A stretch of 64,000 bases of DNA from Chloroflexota bacterium (GCA_040289115.1 PSKS01000002.1:28623-92622), one strand, 5' to 3'; numbered from the stretch's first letter, positions 1-9,412 are shown. The notes: generated by a model not told the origin, from the letters alone. Program-made: numbers and translations.

Positions 1-698
1 TCATCTTCCGGGCCCTCAGCCAGGCGGTCCCGGACCGGGTGATGGCCGAAGGGGCCGGCAACATCTGGAACGTCCAGACGGCCGGCTGGGACCCCCGCCA
101 CGGCCGACCGTATACGTATATTTTCTTCACGGCCGGGGGAACCGGGGCCCGGCCGAATAAGGACGGTCTTTCCAATACGGCCTTCCCCAGCGGCATCATG
201 GGGGTGCCCACGGAGGTGGTCGAGGCCCTTTCGCCCATCCTGATCAAGCGCAAAGAGGTTCGAACGGATTCGGGGGGACCCGGGCGCTTCCGAGGCGGCT
301 TGGGCCAGGAGATCCGCCTGACGGTCCGGACCGACCGGCCCTGGATGCTCTCCTGCATGTACGACCGGACCCGCTTCGCCCCCCGGGGTCTTTTCGGGGG
401 CCTGGACGGAGCTCGGGGGGAGGTGGTGGTGAGCGACGGCCGCCGGCCTCACTCCAAAGAGCGCCTTATGCTGGAGCCCGGTGCCGAGGTCACCCTCCGG
501 CTGCCCGGTGGGGGCGGCTACGGCCACCCCTTCCGGCGGGAGCCGGAGCGGGTCCTGGCCGACGTTATCGACGGCTATGTTTCGGTGGGAACCGCCCGGG
601 AGGCTTACGGGGTAGTTATCGACCCCGTAACCCTCCGGCTGGACTCCGAGGCGACCGAAAAGCTGCGGGCGGCGGCTAAGGCTGACGCCCGGCCTTAA
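1..698 (+). CDS. hyuB: hydantoinase B / 5-oxoprolinase (HyuB) family protein, C-terminal part (5' end outside window)
   Basis: The reading frame is open from base 3. The translation (AVPDRVMAEGAGNIWN..GGTGARP..DGLS..GGPGRFRGGLGQEIRL..GGGGYGHP) matches the C-terminal core of the hydantoinase B/oxoprolinase family. Confidence 0.7.
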   Translation, partial: IFRALSQAVPDRVMAEGAGNIWNVQTAGWDPRHGRPYTYIFFTAGGTGARPNKDGLSNTAFPSGIMGVPTEVVEALSPILIKRKEVRTDSGGPGRFRGGLGQEIRLTVRTDRPWMLSCMYDRTRFAPRGLFGGLDGARGEVVVSDGRRPHSKERLMLEPGAEVTLRLPGGGGYGHPFRREPERVLADVIDGYVSVGTAREAYGVVIDPVTLRLDSEATEKLRAAAKADARP

Positions 699-767
699 GC
701 CGGCCCCAAGCCCCACCGGGACCACGCTTGCAATTTGACGTGGATAGGGTCACTTAACACACCATTT

Positions 768-785
768 TCGGCTATAATTAGCCGA
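768..785. promoter_or_regulatory. 18-bp palindrome TCGGCTA-TAAT-TAGCCGA overlapping a TATAAT hexamer (774-779) about 45 bp upstream of the liv substrate-binding gene
   Basis: Read directly: TCGGCTATAATTAGCCGA is a perfect inverted repeat. The RBS AAAGGAGG lies at 806-813 before the GTG start at 822. Confidence 0.4.
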
Positions 786-821
786 TAAGGGCTAGGCATT
801 ACCCAAAGGAGGTCAGAAATA

Positions 822-2141
822 GTGCGGCGGGTAAGCAGGCGCGAATTCAACCTCGGCTTGGCCGGGCTTATCGGTGGGCTGGCGGTGGGTTGCGCCCAGA
901 CGGGCACCCCGGCACCGGCCGTCGGCCAGCAGCCGTCCCAGCCGACGTTCCCAAAGGAGATTAAGGTCGGTGCCGTCTACCCCCTCACTGGCCCGGCTGC
1001 TAGCTCGGGCTTGGACGGCCGCTACGGTATCGAGCTCGCCGTCGAGATTATCAACGGCAAGTACGACCTCAATCTGCCCCTGGCCCGGGAAGAGGGCCTC
1101 CCTAACCTCGGCGGGGCCAAAATAACCGTCGTCTGGGCCGACAGCCAGGGCTCGCCGGAAAAGGGGCAGGCCGAGGCCGAGCGGCTCATAACCCAGGAGA
1201 AGGTTGTAGCCCTCACCGGTGCCTACCATAGCTCGGTGACGGCCACAGCTTCCCAGGTGGCCGAGCGCATGGGTGTTCCTTACGTTAATTTCGAGTCGTC
1301 GTCGCCCTCCCTTACGGAGCGGGGGTTTAAGTGGTTCTTCCGAACCGGCCCCCATGATGCCATCTTCGGCAAGAACCTCTTCGACATGCTCCGGGACTTG
1401 GAAAAGGCCAAGGGCATCAAGGTCCGGACCATCGGCATCGTCAACGAAAACACCCTTTACGGGACCGACGCCAGTAAGATCACCAAGCAGTATGCCCAGG
1501 AATACGGCTACCAGGTCGTCGTGGACATCGCTTACCCGGCCAATACTTCCGATGTTACCAGCGAGGTCCAGCGTATCAAGGCCGCCAATCCCGATGTGCT
1601 CTTCCAGGTCTCATATACATCGGACTTGATCCTGTTCATTCGGACCTATAAGCAGTTGGACTACACGCCCCAGATGATCCTGGGTTACGGGGCCGGCTTC
1701 GTTGACCCCCAGTACACCAAGACCCTGGGCAAGGATGCCGACTACGCCATCACCCGGGCCGCCTGGTCGGCAGATATCACCCAGAAGCGGCCGGCCGCCA
1801 AGGTCATCGCCGAGATGTTCCAGCAGCGGTTCGGCCAACCGATGACCGAAAACTCGGCCCGGTCCTTCACCGGGATGCTGGTCCTGGCCGATGCCATCAA
1901 CCGGGCCAAGTCCCTGGACCCCGAGGCCATCCGGCAGGCCCTGCTGGCCACCAACATTCCTGGCGAGCAGACCGTCATGCCGTGGCCGGGCGTAAAGTTC
2001 GACGAAAAGACCCACCAGAACATCTACGCCCAGGGGGTGAACCTTCAGATAATCGGCGGCCAGTACTATACCGTCTGGCCCTTCGACCTGGCCACCCGGG
2101 AGATCGTCTGGCCGATGCCTAAGTGGGGCCAGCGCCAATAG
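822..2141 (+). CDS. branched-chain amino acid ABC transporter substrate-binding lipoprotein (LivJ/LivK family)
   Basis: GTG start with a strong RBS. The signal/lipobox-like N-terminus (GLIGGLAVGCAQ) is followed by a periplasmic binding protein type I fold typical of the Leu/Ile/Val-binding family. Confidence 0.8.
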   Translation: MRRVSRREFNLGLAGLIGGLAVGCAQTGTPAPAVGQQPSQPTFPKEIKVGAVYPLTGPAASSGLDGRYGIELAVEIINGKYDLNLPLAREEGLPNLGGAKITVVWADSQGSPEKGQAEAERLITQEKVVALTGAYHSSVTATASQVAERMGVPYVNFESSSPSLTERGFKWFFRTGPHDAIFGKNLFDMLRDLEKAKGIKVRTIGIVNENTLYGTDASKITKQYAQEYGYQVVVDIAYPANTSDVTSEVQRIKAANPDVLFQVSYTSDLILFIRTYKQLDYTPQMILGYGAGFVDPQYTKTLGKDADYAITRAAWSADITQKRPAAKVIAEMFQQRFGQPMTENSARSFTGMLVLADAINRAKSLDPEAIRQALLATNIPGEQTVMPWPGVKFDEKTHQNIYAQGVNLQIIGGQYYTVWPFDLATREIVWPMPKWGQRQ

Positions 2142-2148
2142 GTTTGAG

Positions 2149-3012
2149 ATGACGGCCGAGCTCCTAATCCAGGTCGTCGTAAGCGGCCTTTTAATCGGCT
2201 TCGTCTTTGCCCTCATCTCCGTGGGCCTCACCCTGATCTTCGGGGTTATGGACATCGTCAATTTCGCCCACGGCGAGTTCCTGATGCTGGCCATGTTCAC
2301 GGCCTTCTGGCTTTACGCCCTCTTCGGGGTCGACCCCCTCTTCTCGGTGCTGGCCTGCGGCCCCCTGCTATTTTTGGTCGGGGTCCTCACCCACAAGCTT
2401 TTGATAAAACATATTCTTAACGCTCCCATGCTCGCCCAGATCTTCTGCACCTTCGGCCTTTCGGTCTTTTTAAAAAGCCTGGCCCAGTTTCTTTGGGGCC
2501 CAAACTTTCGCTCGGTTACCGAGCCTTTGCTTGGGGGCCGCATCGAGCTCTTCGGCGTCTTCTTCGGCCTCCCGCAGGTGACGGCGGCCCTGGGGGCGGT
2601 GGCGGCCACCGGAGCGGTCTACCTGCTGATTTACCGGACGGAGCTGGGCCGGGCCCTCCAGGCCACCTCGGAAGACCGGCAAACGGCCGCCTTAATGGGC
2701 ATCGACACCGAGAAGATGTTTACCCTGGCTTGGGGCATCGGGGCCGGCTGCGTGGGTGTTGCCGGGGCCCTCCTGGCAATGTTTTACTACATCTACCCGG
2801 AGGTGGGGACCATCTTCGCCCTGACCTCCTACGTGGTGGTGGCCCTGGGCGGCTTCGGAAGCGTCACCGGGGCCCTGGTCGGGGGGCTTATCATCGGGCT
2901 CGTGCAGGTGGTCTCCGGCTTTTTCTCCCCGGCCTTTAAGATGGTGGTGGTCTACCTGGTTTACCTGGCCGTCATCCTCATCAGGCCGCAGGGTCTTTTC
3001 GGGCGATGGTGA
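2149..3012 (+). CDS. livH: branched-chain amino acid ABC transporter permease LivH
   Basis: Polytopic membrane protein with the LivH-family pattern. It follows the binding protein in a typical liv order. Confidence 0.8.
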   Translation: MTAELLIQVVVSGLLIGFVFALISVGLTLIFGVMDIVNFAHGEFLMLAMFTAFWLYALFGVDPLFSVLACGPLLFLVGVLTHKLLIKHILNAPMLAQIFCTFGLSVFLKSLAQFLWGPNFRSVTEPLLGGRIELFGVFFGLPQVTAALGAVAATGAVYLLIYRTELGRALQATSEDRQTAALMGIDTEKMFTLAWGIGAGCVGVAGALLAMFYYIYPEVGTIFALTSYVVVALGGFGSVTGALVGGLIIGLVQVVSGFFSPAFKMVVVYLVYLAVILIRPQGLFGRW

Positions 3013-3986
3013 GGTTTTTGGGCCTGGGGCTTTTGCTTTTGGGCCTTTTGCTCTTCCCCCTGGCGGTGGAACTGCCCTACCCCCAGCACGTGATGATCCT
3101 GATTTTCCTCTATGCCATGATGGGCCTGGCCTGGAACATCATCGGCGGCTACGCCGGCCAGGTCTCCCTAGGCGATGCCACCTACTTCGGCATCGGCGCC
3201 TACACCACCGCCATCCTTTTAAGGGAGCTTAACTTAAGCCCCTGGGTCGGCATGGCCTTAGGGGCCCTAAACGCCGTCGTCGTCTCCCTGGTCCTGGGCT
3301 ACCCCTGCTTCCGGGTAAGGGGTCATTACTTCGCCATCGCCACCATCGCCTTAAATGAGATCGTGGCCACCATCTTCACCAACTGGGACTTTGTCGGCGG
3401 TGCCGTGGGAATCTACGTCCCCATCCTGCCCGAAAGCTTTGTAAACCTGCAGTTTCACCGCTCCAAGGCACCCTATTATTACATTGCCCTGGGAATGTTA
3501 ATTTTGGTGATTTTGCTCAACCTCTGGCTCAGTCGCAGCCGCTTAGGCTATTACTTTCGGGCGATTCGGGCCGACCAGGATGCCGCCAGGGCCTTAGGCA
3601 TCGACATCACCCGCTACAAACTTATCGCCTACGCCCTGACGGCCGCCATAACCTCCTTGGGCGGCTCTTTTTATGCCATGTACGTGCTCTACATCGACCC
3701 GACAAGTGTGTTTGCTTTTTCCATCTCACTGCTGGTGGTGCTGGTGGCCGTCCTGGGGGGTGTCGGGACCGTGGCCGGGCCCATCCTCGGCTCGGTGATT
3801 TTAATCAGCCTTTCGGAGGGTACCAGGGTGCTTTTGGGCGGCACCGGCCGGGCCCTGGATGTGGCCATCTACGGGCTGTTGGTGATGGCCATCTCCGTCC
3901 TTCAGCCCCAGGGGCTGGTGGCCTGGTTTAGGGCCTTAAGGCAGCCCAAAGCTCGGGAGGTAAAAGTTGGAAGGGCCCCTTCTTGA
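3006..3986 (+). CDS. livM: branched-chain amino acid ABC transporter permease LivM
   Basis: Second permease of the liv system, hydrophobic throughout. It overlaps livH by 7 nt. Confidence 0.8.
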   Translation: MVRFLGLGLLLLGLLLFPLAVELPYPQHVMILIFLYAMMGLAWNIIGGYAGQVSLGDATYFGIGAYTTAILLRELNLSPWVGMALGALNAVVVSLVLGYPCFRVRGHYFAIATIALNEIVATIFTNWDFVGGAVGIYVPILPESFVNLQFHRSKAPYYYIALGMLILVILLNLWLSRSRLGYYFRAIRADQDAARALGIDITRYKLIAYALTAAITSLGGSFYAMYVLYIDPTSVFAFSISLLVVLVAVLGGVGTVAGPILGSVILISLSEGTRVLLGGTGRALDVAIYGLLVMAISVLQPQGLVAWFRALRQPKAREVKVGRAPS

Positions 3987-4722
3987 GCTAAAGAAGGTTT
4001 CCAAGCGGTTTGGGGGGCTTTGGGCCAACCGGGAGGTAAGCTTTAAGGTCTTTTCCGGGGAGGTCTTAGGCCTTATCGGCCCCAATGGGGCGGGCAAAAC
4101 CACCCTCTTTAACGTGATTACGGGGTTTTTAAGGCCCGATTCGGGCCAAATCCTTTTTGCAGGCCAAGACATAACGGGCTGGCCGCCCGATAAGGTCTGC
4201 CGGGCTGGGATCGCCCGGACCTTCCAACTGGTAAGGGTCTTTCGGGGACTTAGTGTCTTTGAAAACGTGCTGATTGGCGCCCTCTTGCGCAACCCCAAGC
4301 CTAAGGCGGCAGCCGAACTTACCCGCCAGCTGATCGAGCTTACGGGCCTAAGGCCCTGGGCCGAGGAGCTGGTTGACGGGCTGCCGATAGCCGTAAAGAA
4401 GCGGGTTGAACTTGCCCGGGCGCTGGCCACGGGCCCGAAGCTTCTGCTTTTAGATGAGGTTATGGCCGGACTTAACCCTAAAGAGCGCCAGGAGGCCGTC
4501 GAGCTGGTCCGCCGCTTGAAATCCGAGCTAAAGGTTACGGTGCTGATGGTTGAGCACGTGATGGAGGTTCTGATGCCCCTTTCCGACCGGGTGGTGGTCT
4601 TAGACTTCGGGGTAAAGATTGCCGAAGGCAGGCCCGAAGAAGTCGTTAAGGACCCGGAGGTGATAAAGGCCTACCTTGGGGAGCGCTATGCTGCGGGTTT
4701 CGGAAGTCTGGGCGGGCTATGA
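3967..4722 (+). CDS. livG: branched-chain amino acid ABC transporter ATP-binding protein LivG
   Basis: Walker A GPNGAGKTT, ABC signature and the LivG-specific C-terminal AYLGE motif. A TTG start is probable. Confidence 0.85.
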   Translation: MEGPLLELKKVSKRFGGLWANREVSFKVFSGEVLGLIGPNGAGKTTLFNVITGFLRPDSGQILFAGQDITGWPPDKVCRAGIARTFQLVRVFRGLSVFENVLIGALLRNPKPKAAAELTRQLIELTGLRPWAEELVDGLPIAVKKRVELARALATGPKLLLLDEVMAGLNPKERQEAVELVRRLKSELKVTVLMVEHVMEVLMPLSDRVVVLDFGVKIAEGRPEEVVKDPEVIKAYLGERYAAGFGSLGGL

Positions 4723-5392
4723 GGGAAGCTTAGCCCTCTTTGGCTTAAGCCTTGAGGTTGCGCCCGGGCAGGTGGTGGCGCTGGTGGGGGCCAATGGGGC
4801 GGGCAAAAGCACGACATTAAGGGTGATTTCGGGGCTTTTGCGGCCGGAGGCGGGGGAGGTCTGGTTTGAGGGCCGGCGCATCGACGGTTTAAGGCCCCAT
4901 GAGATTGCGGCCTTGGGCATTGCACACGTTCCGGAGGGGCGACGGATTTTTGGGCGTCTCTCGGTTCTAGACAACCTTTACCTTGGGGCTTACCTTAGGC
5001 GGGATGGGGCCGAAAGGCGCAAAAACTTAGAGCGGGTCTTTGGGCTATTCCCGGTCCTTTATGAGCGGCGGCATCAGCTGGCGGGGACCCTAAGCGGTGG
5101 GGAGCAGCAGATGCTGGCTATTGGGCGGGGGCTGATGTTAACCCCGAAGCTTTTGATGCTGGATGAGCCATCGCTGGGGCTTTCGCCGAAACTTGTGGAC
5201 CGGATTTTCGATGCCATAGCGGAAATCAAAAGGCAGGGGACGACGGTGCTTTTGGTGGAGCAGAACCTGGCCGAAACCTTAGAGCTGGCCGATTACGCCT
5301 ACGTCTTGCAGACGGGGCGGGTGACGCTCGAGGGCCCCGGCCCCAAGCTCTTAGAAAGCGAGCTTATCCGCTCGGCCTACCTCGGCCTCTAA
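4688..5392 (+). CDS. livF: branched-chain amino acid ABC transporter ATP-binding protein LivF
   Basis: Walker A GANGAGKST, LSGGEQQ signature and C-terminal SAYLG. The ATG at 4688 (MLRVSEV) is preferred over 4676. It overlaps the livG 3' end. Confidence 0.85.
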   Translation: MLRVSEVWAGYEGSLALFGLSLEVAPGQVVALVGANGAGKSTTLRVISGLLRPEAGEVWFEGRRIDGLRPHEIAALGIAHVPEGRRIFGRLSVLDNLYLGAYLRRDGAERRKNLERVFGLFPVLYERRHQLAGTLSGGEQQMLAIGRGLMLTPKLLMLDEPSLGLSPKLVDRIFDAIAEIKRQGTTVLLVEQNLAETLELADYAYVLQTGRVTLEGPGPKLLESELIRSAYLGL

Positions 5393-5452
5393 TAAAGAAC
5401 CTCGGCCTCCCGGCCGACGGGACCTACGTCTACCTGGATACCGCTTGAGGCC

Positions 5453-6424
5453 TTAAGCCCAGCCGTCCAGGGCCCAGCGCCGAACGGCCCCCTCGTCCAG
5501 CTCAAGCCCATGCCCCGGTGCCTCCAGCAAAACCAGACCCCCATCCTTAAGCTCAACCTCAGGATTGGCCAGGAGCCGCCCAAAATTGAAAACCCCATAC
5601 CCGTGAAAATACTCAACCCACCGACCATTCGGCGTGGCCGCCACCAGGTGAGCATGCAGCTGGTGAAACCAGTGGGGCGCCACCGAAACCCCGTATCCTG
5701 CTGCCAGCGCCCCAATCCGCCGAAACTCGGTTATGCCACCGCAAACAGCCGCATCCGGCTGCAAAACCGCCGCCTCCCTCTCCAAGAGGGCCTTAAAACC
5801 CCAGCGGGTCCCCTCAATCTCCCCGGTGGCCACCGGCACCCGGGTCGCCCGGGCTACCGCCGCATGCCCCTCCACGTCATCGGGCAAAAGCGGCTCCTCA
5901 ATCCAGCCGGGATAGTACGGCTCAAAGTGCCGAACCGCCGCCACCGCATCGGTCGCATCGGCCCAAGCATTATTGGCGTCTAAAAAGATTTCGACCTCTT
6001 CCCCCACCGCCCGACGCACCGCCTCCAGCCGCCGGGCATCCTCTGCCGGCGAAAGCCGCCCAACCTTGATCTTGACCGCCCGAAAGCCAAGGGCCAGGTA
6101 ACCTTCACACTCGGCCGCAAGCTCTTTTAGCCCCTTGCCCTCGGCGTAGTATCCGCCGCTGGCATAGGCCGGGACCCCGTCGGGCCTGAAGGCCCCCAGG
6201 TAGCGAAAGAGGGGCAGGCCGGCCGACCTCGAAAGCAGGTCCCATAAGGCGATGTCCACGGCGCTTAAGGCCCGCAAGACGGCCCCCCTTCGGCCGTGCA
6301 GGAGGGCCTCCCGGTACATTAAGTCCCAGAGCCGTTCGACCTCGGTGGCATCCCGGCCGAGGATGATGTCTTTAAAAAGCTCCCTTACGGCCAGGGCGGG
6401 GATGCCCCCGGCCCGGTGGCCCAA
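5453..6424 (-). CDS. enolase superfamily protein (mandelate racemase/muconate-lactonizing enzyme, sugar-acid dehydratase-like), apparently short at the N-terminus
   Basis: Contains the end of the capping domain (AVDIALWDLLSRSAGLPLFRYLG) and the barrel-domain metal ligands (FLDANNAW, IEEP, VLQPD). It is only 323 aa with a TTG start, and an in-frame stop lies 13 nt upstream. Confidence 0.7.
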   Translation of the reverse strand: MGHRAGGIPALAVRELFKDIILGRDATEVERLWDLMYREALLHGRRGAVLRALSAVDIALWDLLSRSAGLPLFRYLGAFRPDGVPAYASGGYYAEGKGLKELAAECEGYLALGFRAVKIKVGRLSPAEDARRLEAVRRAVGEEVEIFLDANNAWADATDAVAAVRHFEPYYPGWIEEPLLPDDVEGHAAVARATRVPVATGEIEGTRWGFKALLEREAAVLQPDAAVCGGITEFRRIGALAAGYGVSVAPHWFHQLHAHLVAATPNGRWVEYFHGYGVFNFGRLLANPEVELKDGGLVLLEAPGHGLELDEGAVRRWALDGWA

Positions 6425-6503
6425 ATAATGGCAACTTTACGAACTAACCACCCCCGGCGCGCCCGGAAGCCCCAAGGAGCCTGCTTACAGGCCGCTTAAT
6501 TTG

Positions 6504-6521
6504 CTAAAATACCTATTTTAG
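6504..6521. promoter_or_regulatory. AT-rich palindrome CTAAAATA-CC-TATTTTAG in the divergent intergenic region, overlapping the RBS of the M16 peptidase gene
   Basis: Perfect 8-bp inverted-repeat arms read directly. It is embedded in a GC-rich region 10 nt before the ATG at 6532. Confidence 0.35.
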
Positions 6522-6531
6522 GAACCGCACG

Positions 6532-7794
6532 ATGTACACGCGAACGACCCTCCCCAACGGCCTTCGGGTCCTCCTCGGCGAGCTACCGTCAGCCCGGTCG
6601 GTGAGCGTTTGCCTCTTTATTGGCATCGGCTCCCGCTACGAACCCGACGAGCTGGCGGGGGTCTCCCACTTCATCGAGCACATGGTCTTTAAAGGCACCG
6701 GCCGCTGGCCCGAGGCCCGGCTTATCAGCGAGGCCATCGAATCCACCGGCGGCACCCTTAACGCGGCTACCGACCGGGAACTTACAGTCTACTGGGCGAA
6801 AGTTCCGGCCCAGCACTTCCGGGTAGCCGCCGAGGTGATCATCGACCTGGTCCGCAACCCCCTCTTTCCCCCGGCCGAGCTGGAAAAGGAGCGGCAGGTT
6901 ATCCTCGAGGAGCTGCGGATGGTTAACGATACGCCCCAGCAGCTGGTGGACCTGCTCATCGACCAGGTGATGTGGCCCAACCAGCCCATTGGCCGGGATG
7001 TGGCCGGAACCAAAGAGTCCGTCTCGGCCATGAGCCTCAACCAGCTCGTGGACTTCTGGGCCAGGACTTACGGCCCCAACAATGCGGTCGTGGCTGTGGC
7101 CGGCCGCTTCAACCCCGAAGAGGTCCTCGACCTGCTTTATACCAACCTACACGACTGGGAACCAGCCGATCCCCCACCCTTTACCCCGGCCACCGAGCCC
7201 GACTCGGGGCCCCGAGTTGGCGGTGTCTACCGCCGAACGGAGCAGGCCCACTTCTGCCTGGCCGCCCCAGGCTTAGCCATTACGGACCCCGACCGCCCCA
7301 CCCTCGACCTCCTTAACGTTATCCTCGGCGATGGGATGAGCAGCCGGCTCTTCCTCGAGCTGCGGGAACGGCGGGGCATTGTCTATGACGTCCACAGTTA
7401 TGTCGAGTATCTCCGGGATACCGGCTCGGAGACCATCTATGCCGGGGTCGAGCCGGCTCGGCTGCCGGAGGCCCTCGCCGCCGTCGTCGAGCAGCTCGGC
7501 CAGCTAACGGTCCGGGTCGACGAGGCCGAGCTTAAAAGGGCCCAGGACCTGGTGAAGGGGCGACTGGAGCTCAGGCTGGAGGATACCCGCAGTTACGCCG
7601 GCTGGCTGGGAACCCAAGAGCTTCTCACCGGAAAGGTTATGACCGTCGACGAGATGATGGCCGAAGTCGACCGGGTGAGCCCCGATGACATTGTGCGCCT
7701 CGCCCGCCGGCTCTTCCGAAGAGACCGGCTTAATCTGGCGGTAGTGGGCCCCATTCGCCGGCCCGAACGGCTGGCAACCCTGCTTAGCCTCTAG
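6532..7794 (+). CDS. M16 family zinc metallopeptidase (pitrilysin/insulinase-like, M16B)
   Basis: The inverted zincin motif HFIEH is at the N-terminus (SHFIEHMVFKGT). The length of 420 aa is typical for an M16B subunit. Confidence 0.85.
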   Translation: MYTRTTLPNGLRVLLGELPSARSVSVCLFIGIGSRYEPDELAGVSHFIEHMVFKGTGRWPEARLISEAIESTGGTLNAATDRELTVYWAKVPAQHFRVAAEVIIDLVRNPLFPPAELEKERQVILEELRMVNDTPQQLVDLLIDQVMWPNQPIGRDVAGTKESVSAMSLNQLVDFWARTYGPNNAVVAVAGRFNPEEVLDLLYTNLHDWEPADPPPFTPATEPDSGPRVGGVYRRTEQAHFCLAAPGLAITDPDRPTLDLLNVILGDGMSSRLFLELRERRGIVYDVHSYVEYLRDTGSETIYAGVEPARLPEALAAVVEQLGQLTVRVDEAELKRAQDLVKGRLELRLEDTRSYAGWLGTQELLTGKVMTVDEMMAEVDRVSPDDIVRLARRLFRRDRLNLAVVGPIRRPERLATLLSL

Positions 7795-8510
7795 GCCGCC
7801 CCGTCCAGCAGGACGAGCAGTTCCGCCAGGGAGGTTATTACCGGGCAGTCGGCCGGCGGATTTGTCCCTTTGCGGTCGATGAGGATGGGCTGAATTCCCG
7901 CCACCCGGGCCCCAAGCACATCCGTCCAGTAGGTGTCCCCCACGTGGATGGCCTGACTTGGGCTCACCCCGGCCTGACGCAAGGCCAGCTCGAAAAAGTG
8001 AGGATTGGGCTTGGCTACTCCCAATTCCCCCGAGGTAAGGACGAAGTCTAGGTGGTCCAAAAGGCCGTGGGCAGCCAGAATCTTCTCCAAGGGGCCCGTC
8101 CAGTCCGAAATCACCCCTTGGCGGAACCCCCGATGTCGCAGCTCCGCCAGGGTCCCGGGCACGTCAGGGTACGGCTGCCACAGCCCGGGGTCTTCGAAGG
8201 CCCGGATGATCTCCTCGGCCCACTCCTTTAGCCGGGCATCGTCGGCCTCCACCCCGGCCGCCCGCAGGGCAGTGCTATAGTAGTTCCGCCACATGGCCAG
8301 GATCCGGCCTCGGTCGGACCAGATGTCCCGGTCGGCCCGAACCACCTCCAGGTAGTAATCCTCAGCCCGCCCAAGCCCCAGTCGGAGGGCATCCAGGTCG
8401 GCGTCGACCCCATGCCGGGCAAGCACCAGGGCCATGACCTCCTGAAGTAGGAGGCTCGGCCCGATTAACGTCATACCGGCATCAAAAAAGACTGCTCGTA
8501 CGGCCTTCAT
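7791..8510 (-). CDS. HAD superfamily hydrolase (subfamily IA)
   Basis: Motif I nucleophile context FFDAGMTLIG (DxG variant). The C-terminal GDT..D motif HVGDTYWTDV is present. Confidence 0.7.
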   Translation of the reverse strand: MKAVRAVFFDAGMTLIGPSLLLQEVMALVLARHGVDADLDALRLGLGRAEDYYLEVVRADRDIWSDRGRILAMWRNYYSTALRAAGVEADDARLKEWAEEIIRAFEDPGLWQPYPDVPGTLAELRHRGFRQGVISDWTGPLEKILAAHGLLDHLDFVLTSGELGVAKPNPHFFELALRQAGVSPSQAIHVGDTYWTDVLGARVAGIQPILIDRKGTNPPADCPVITSLAELLVLLDGAA

Positions 8511-8523
8511 TGTCAGGGCTTGC

Positions 8524-9336
8524 TTAGCGAAAACCGAAGAACTCTTCTAGGGCCGCCAAAAACTCGGCAGGGTTGTCCTCTTGCAGGGTGTGCGCGGCCC
8601 GGCGAATCACCCGCAGCCAGCCGTTGGGGAGGACCTGAACCATCCGCTCGGCCACATCCTGGTCCAGGATGGGGCTTTCCTCCCCCCGGAGCACTAGGGT
8701 CGGACACCTGACGCGCTTAAGGATGTCCCAGTAGTCAATCTCGGGCACGGCCCGGATCCCCTGCCGCAGGGCCGGGTCCCACTTCCAGACGTATCGGCCG
8801 TCGGGCCGCCGTCTGAGGCTGTGGGCGGCGATGAACCGGGCATAGTCCGCCGTAATATACGGGTTACCCCGCCGGAGCCGCTCGGCTGCCTCCTCGACGG
8901 ACCCAAAGGATTCCGGCTCCGGCTCGGTCTGCCGCTGGGACCACCGGCGGGATATCTCCGGCCCGATATCCACAATAACCAGTCGCCCGACCCGGTCCGG
9001 CTTTTCGGCGGCGTACACCAGCCCGACTCGGCCGCCCATGGAAAGGCCGACCAGGTCGAACCGGCCCAGGCCCAGGCGGTCTACGAACCGGTCCAGAACG
9101 GCCACATACCCCTGAATCGTGTAGCCTTCCGCCAGGGAGTCGGAGTCCCCGTGGCCCGGCAGGTCCGGGGCAATAACCCGGAAGTGTCCCGCCAGTTCGG
9201 GGGCCACCGGCTGCCAGGCATAGGCATTGCCAGTATACCCGTGGAGCAGGACCAGTGGCGGCCGGGTCGGTTCGCCCCATTCCAGATAGTGCAGTCGAAC
9301 ACCATTGACCTGGGCAAAATTACTCCGTGGGTCCAC
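8524..9336 (-). CDS. alpha/beta hydrolase fold protein
   Basis: HG oxyanion motif (LVLLHGY) and nucleophile elbow GLSMGG. Overall length and layout match alpha/beta hydrolases. Confidence 0.8.
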   Translation of the reverse strand: MDPRSNFAQVNGVRLHYLEWGEPTRPPLVLLHGYTGNAYAWQPVAPELAGHFRVIAPDLPGHGDSDSLAEGYTIQGYVAVLDRFVDRLGLGRFDLVGLSMGGRVGLVYAAEKPDRVGRLVIVDIGPEISRRWSQRQTEPEPESFGSVEEAAERLRRGNPYITADYARFIAAHSLRRRPDGRYVWKWDPALRQGIRAVPEIDYWDILKRVRCPTLVLRGEESPILDQDVAERMVQVLPNGWLRVIRRAAHTLQEDNPAEFLAALEEFFGFR

Positions 9337-9412
9337 CGCAGCCCTCCTCTCTCATTGTAGCCCATTGGGGAAGCTGCCTGCTGGCTGCGTATGTGGCATA
9401 ATTCGGCAGGAG

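Noticed and set aside
9305-9412. Upstream 36 codons of the P-loop ORF
   Set aside because: They overlap the convergent alpha/beta hydrolase gene end. The internal ATG at 9413 has an RBS and begins the conserved region.
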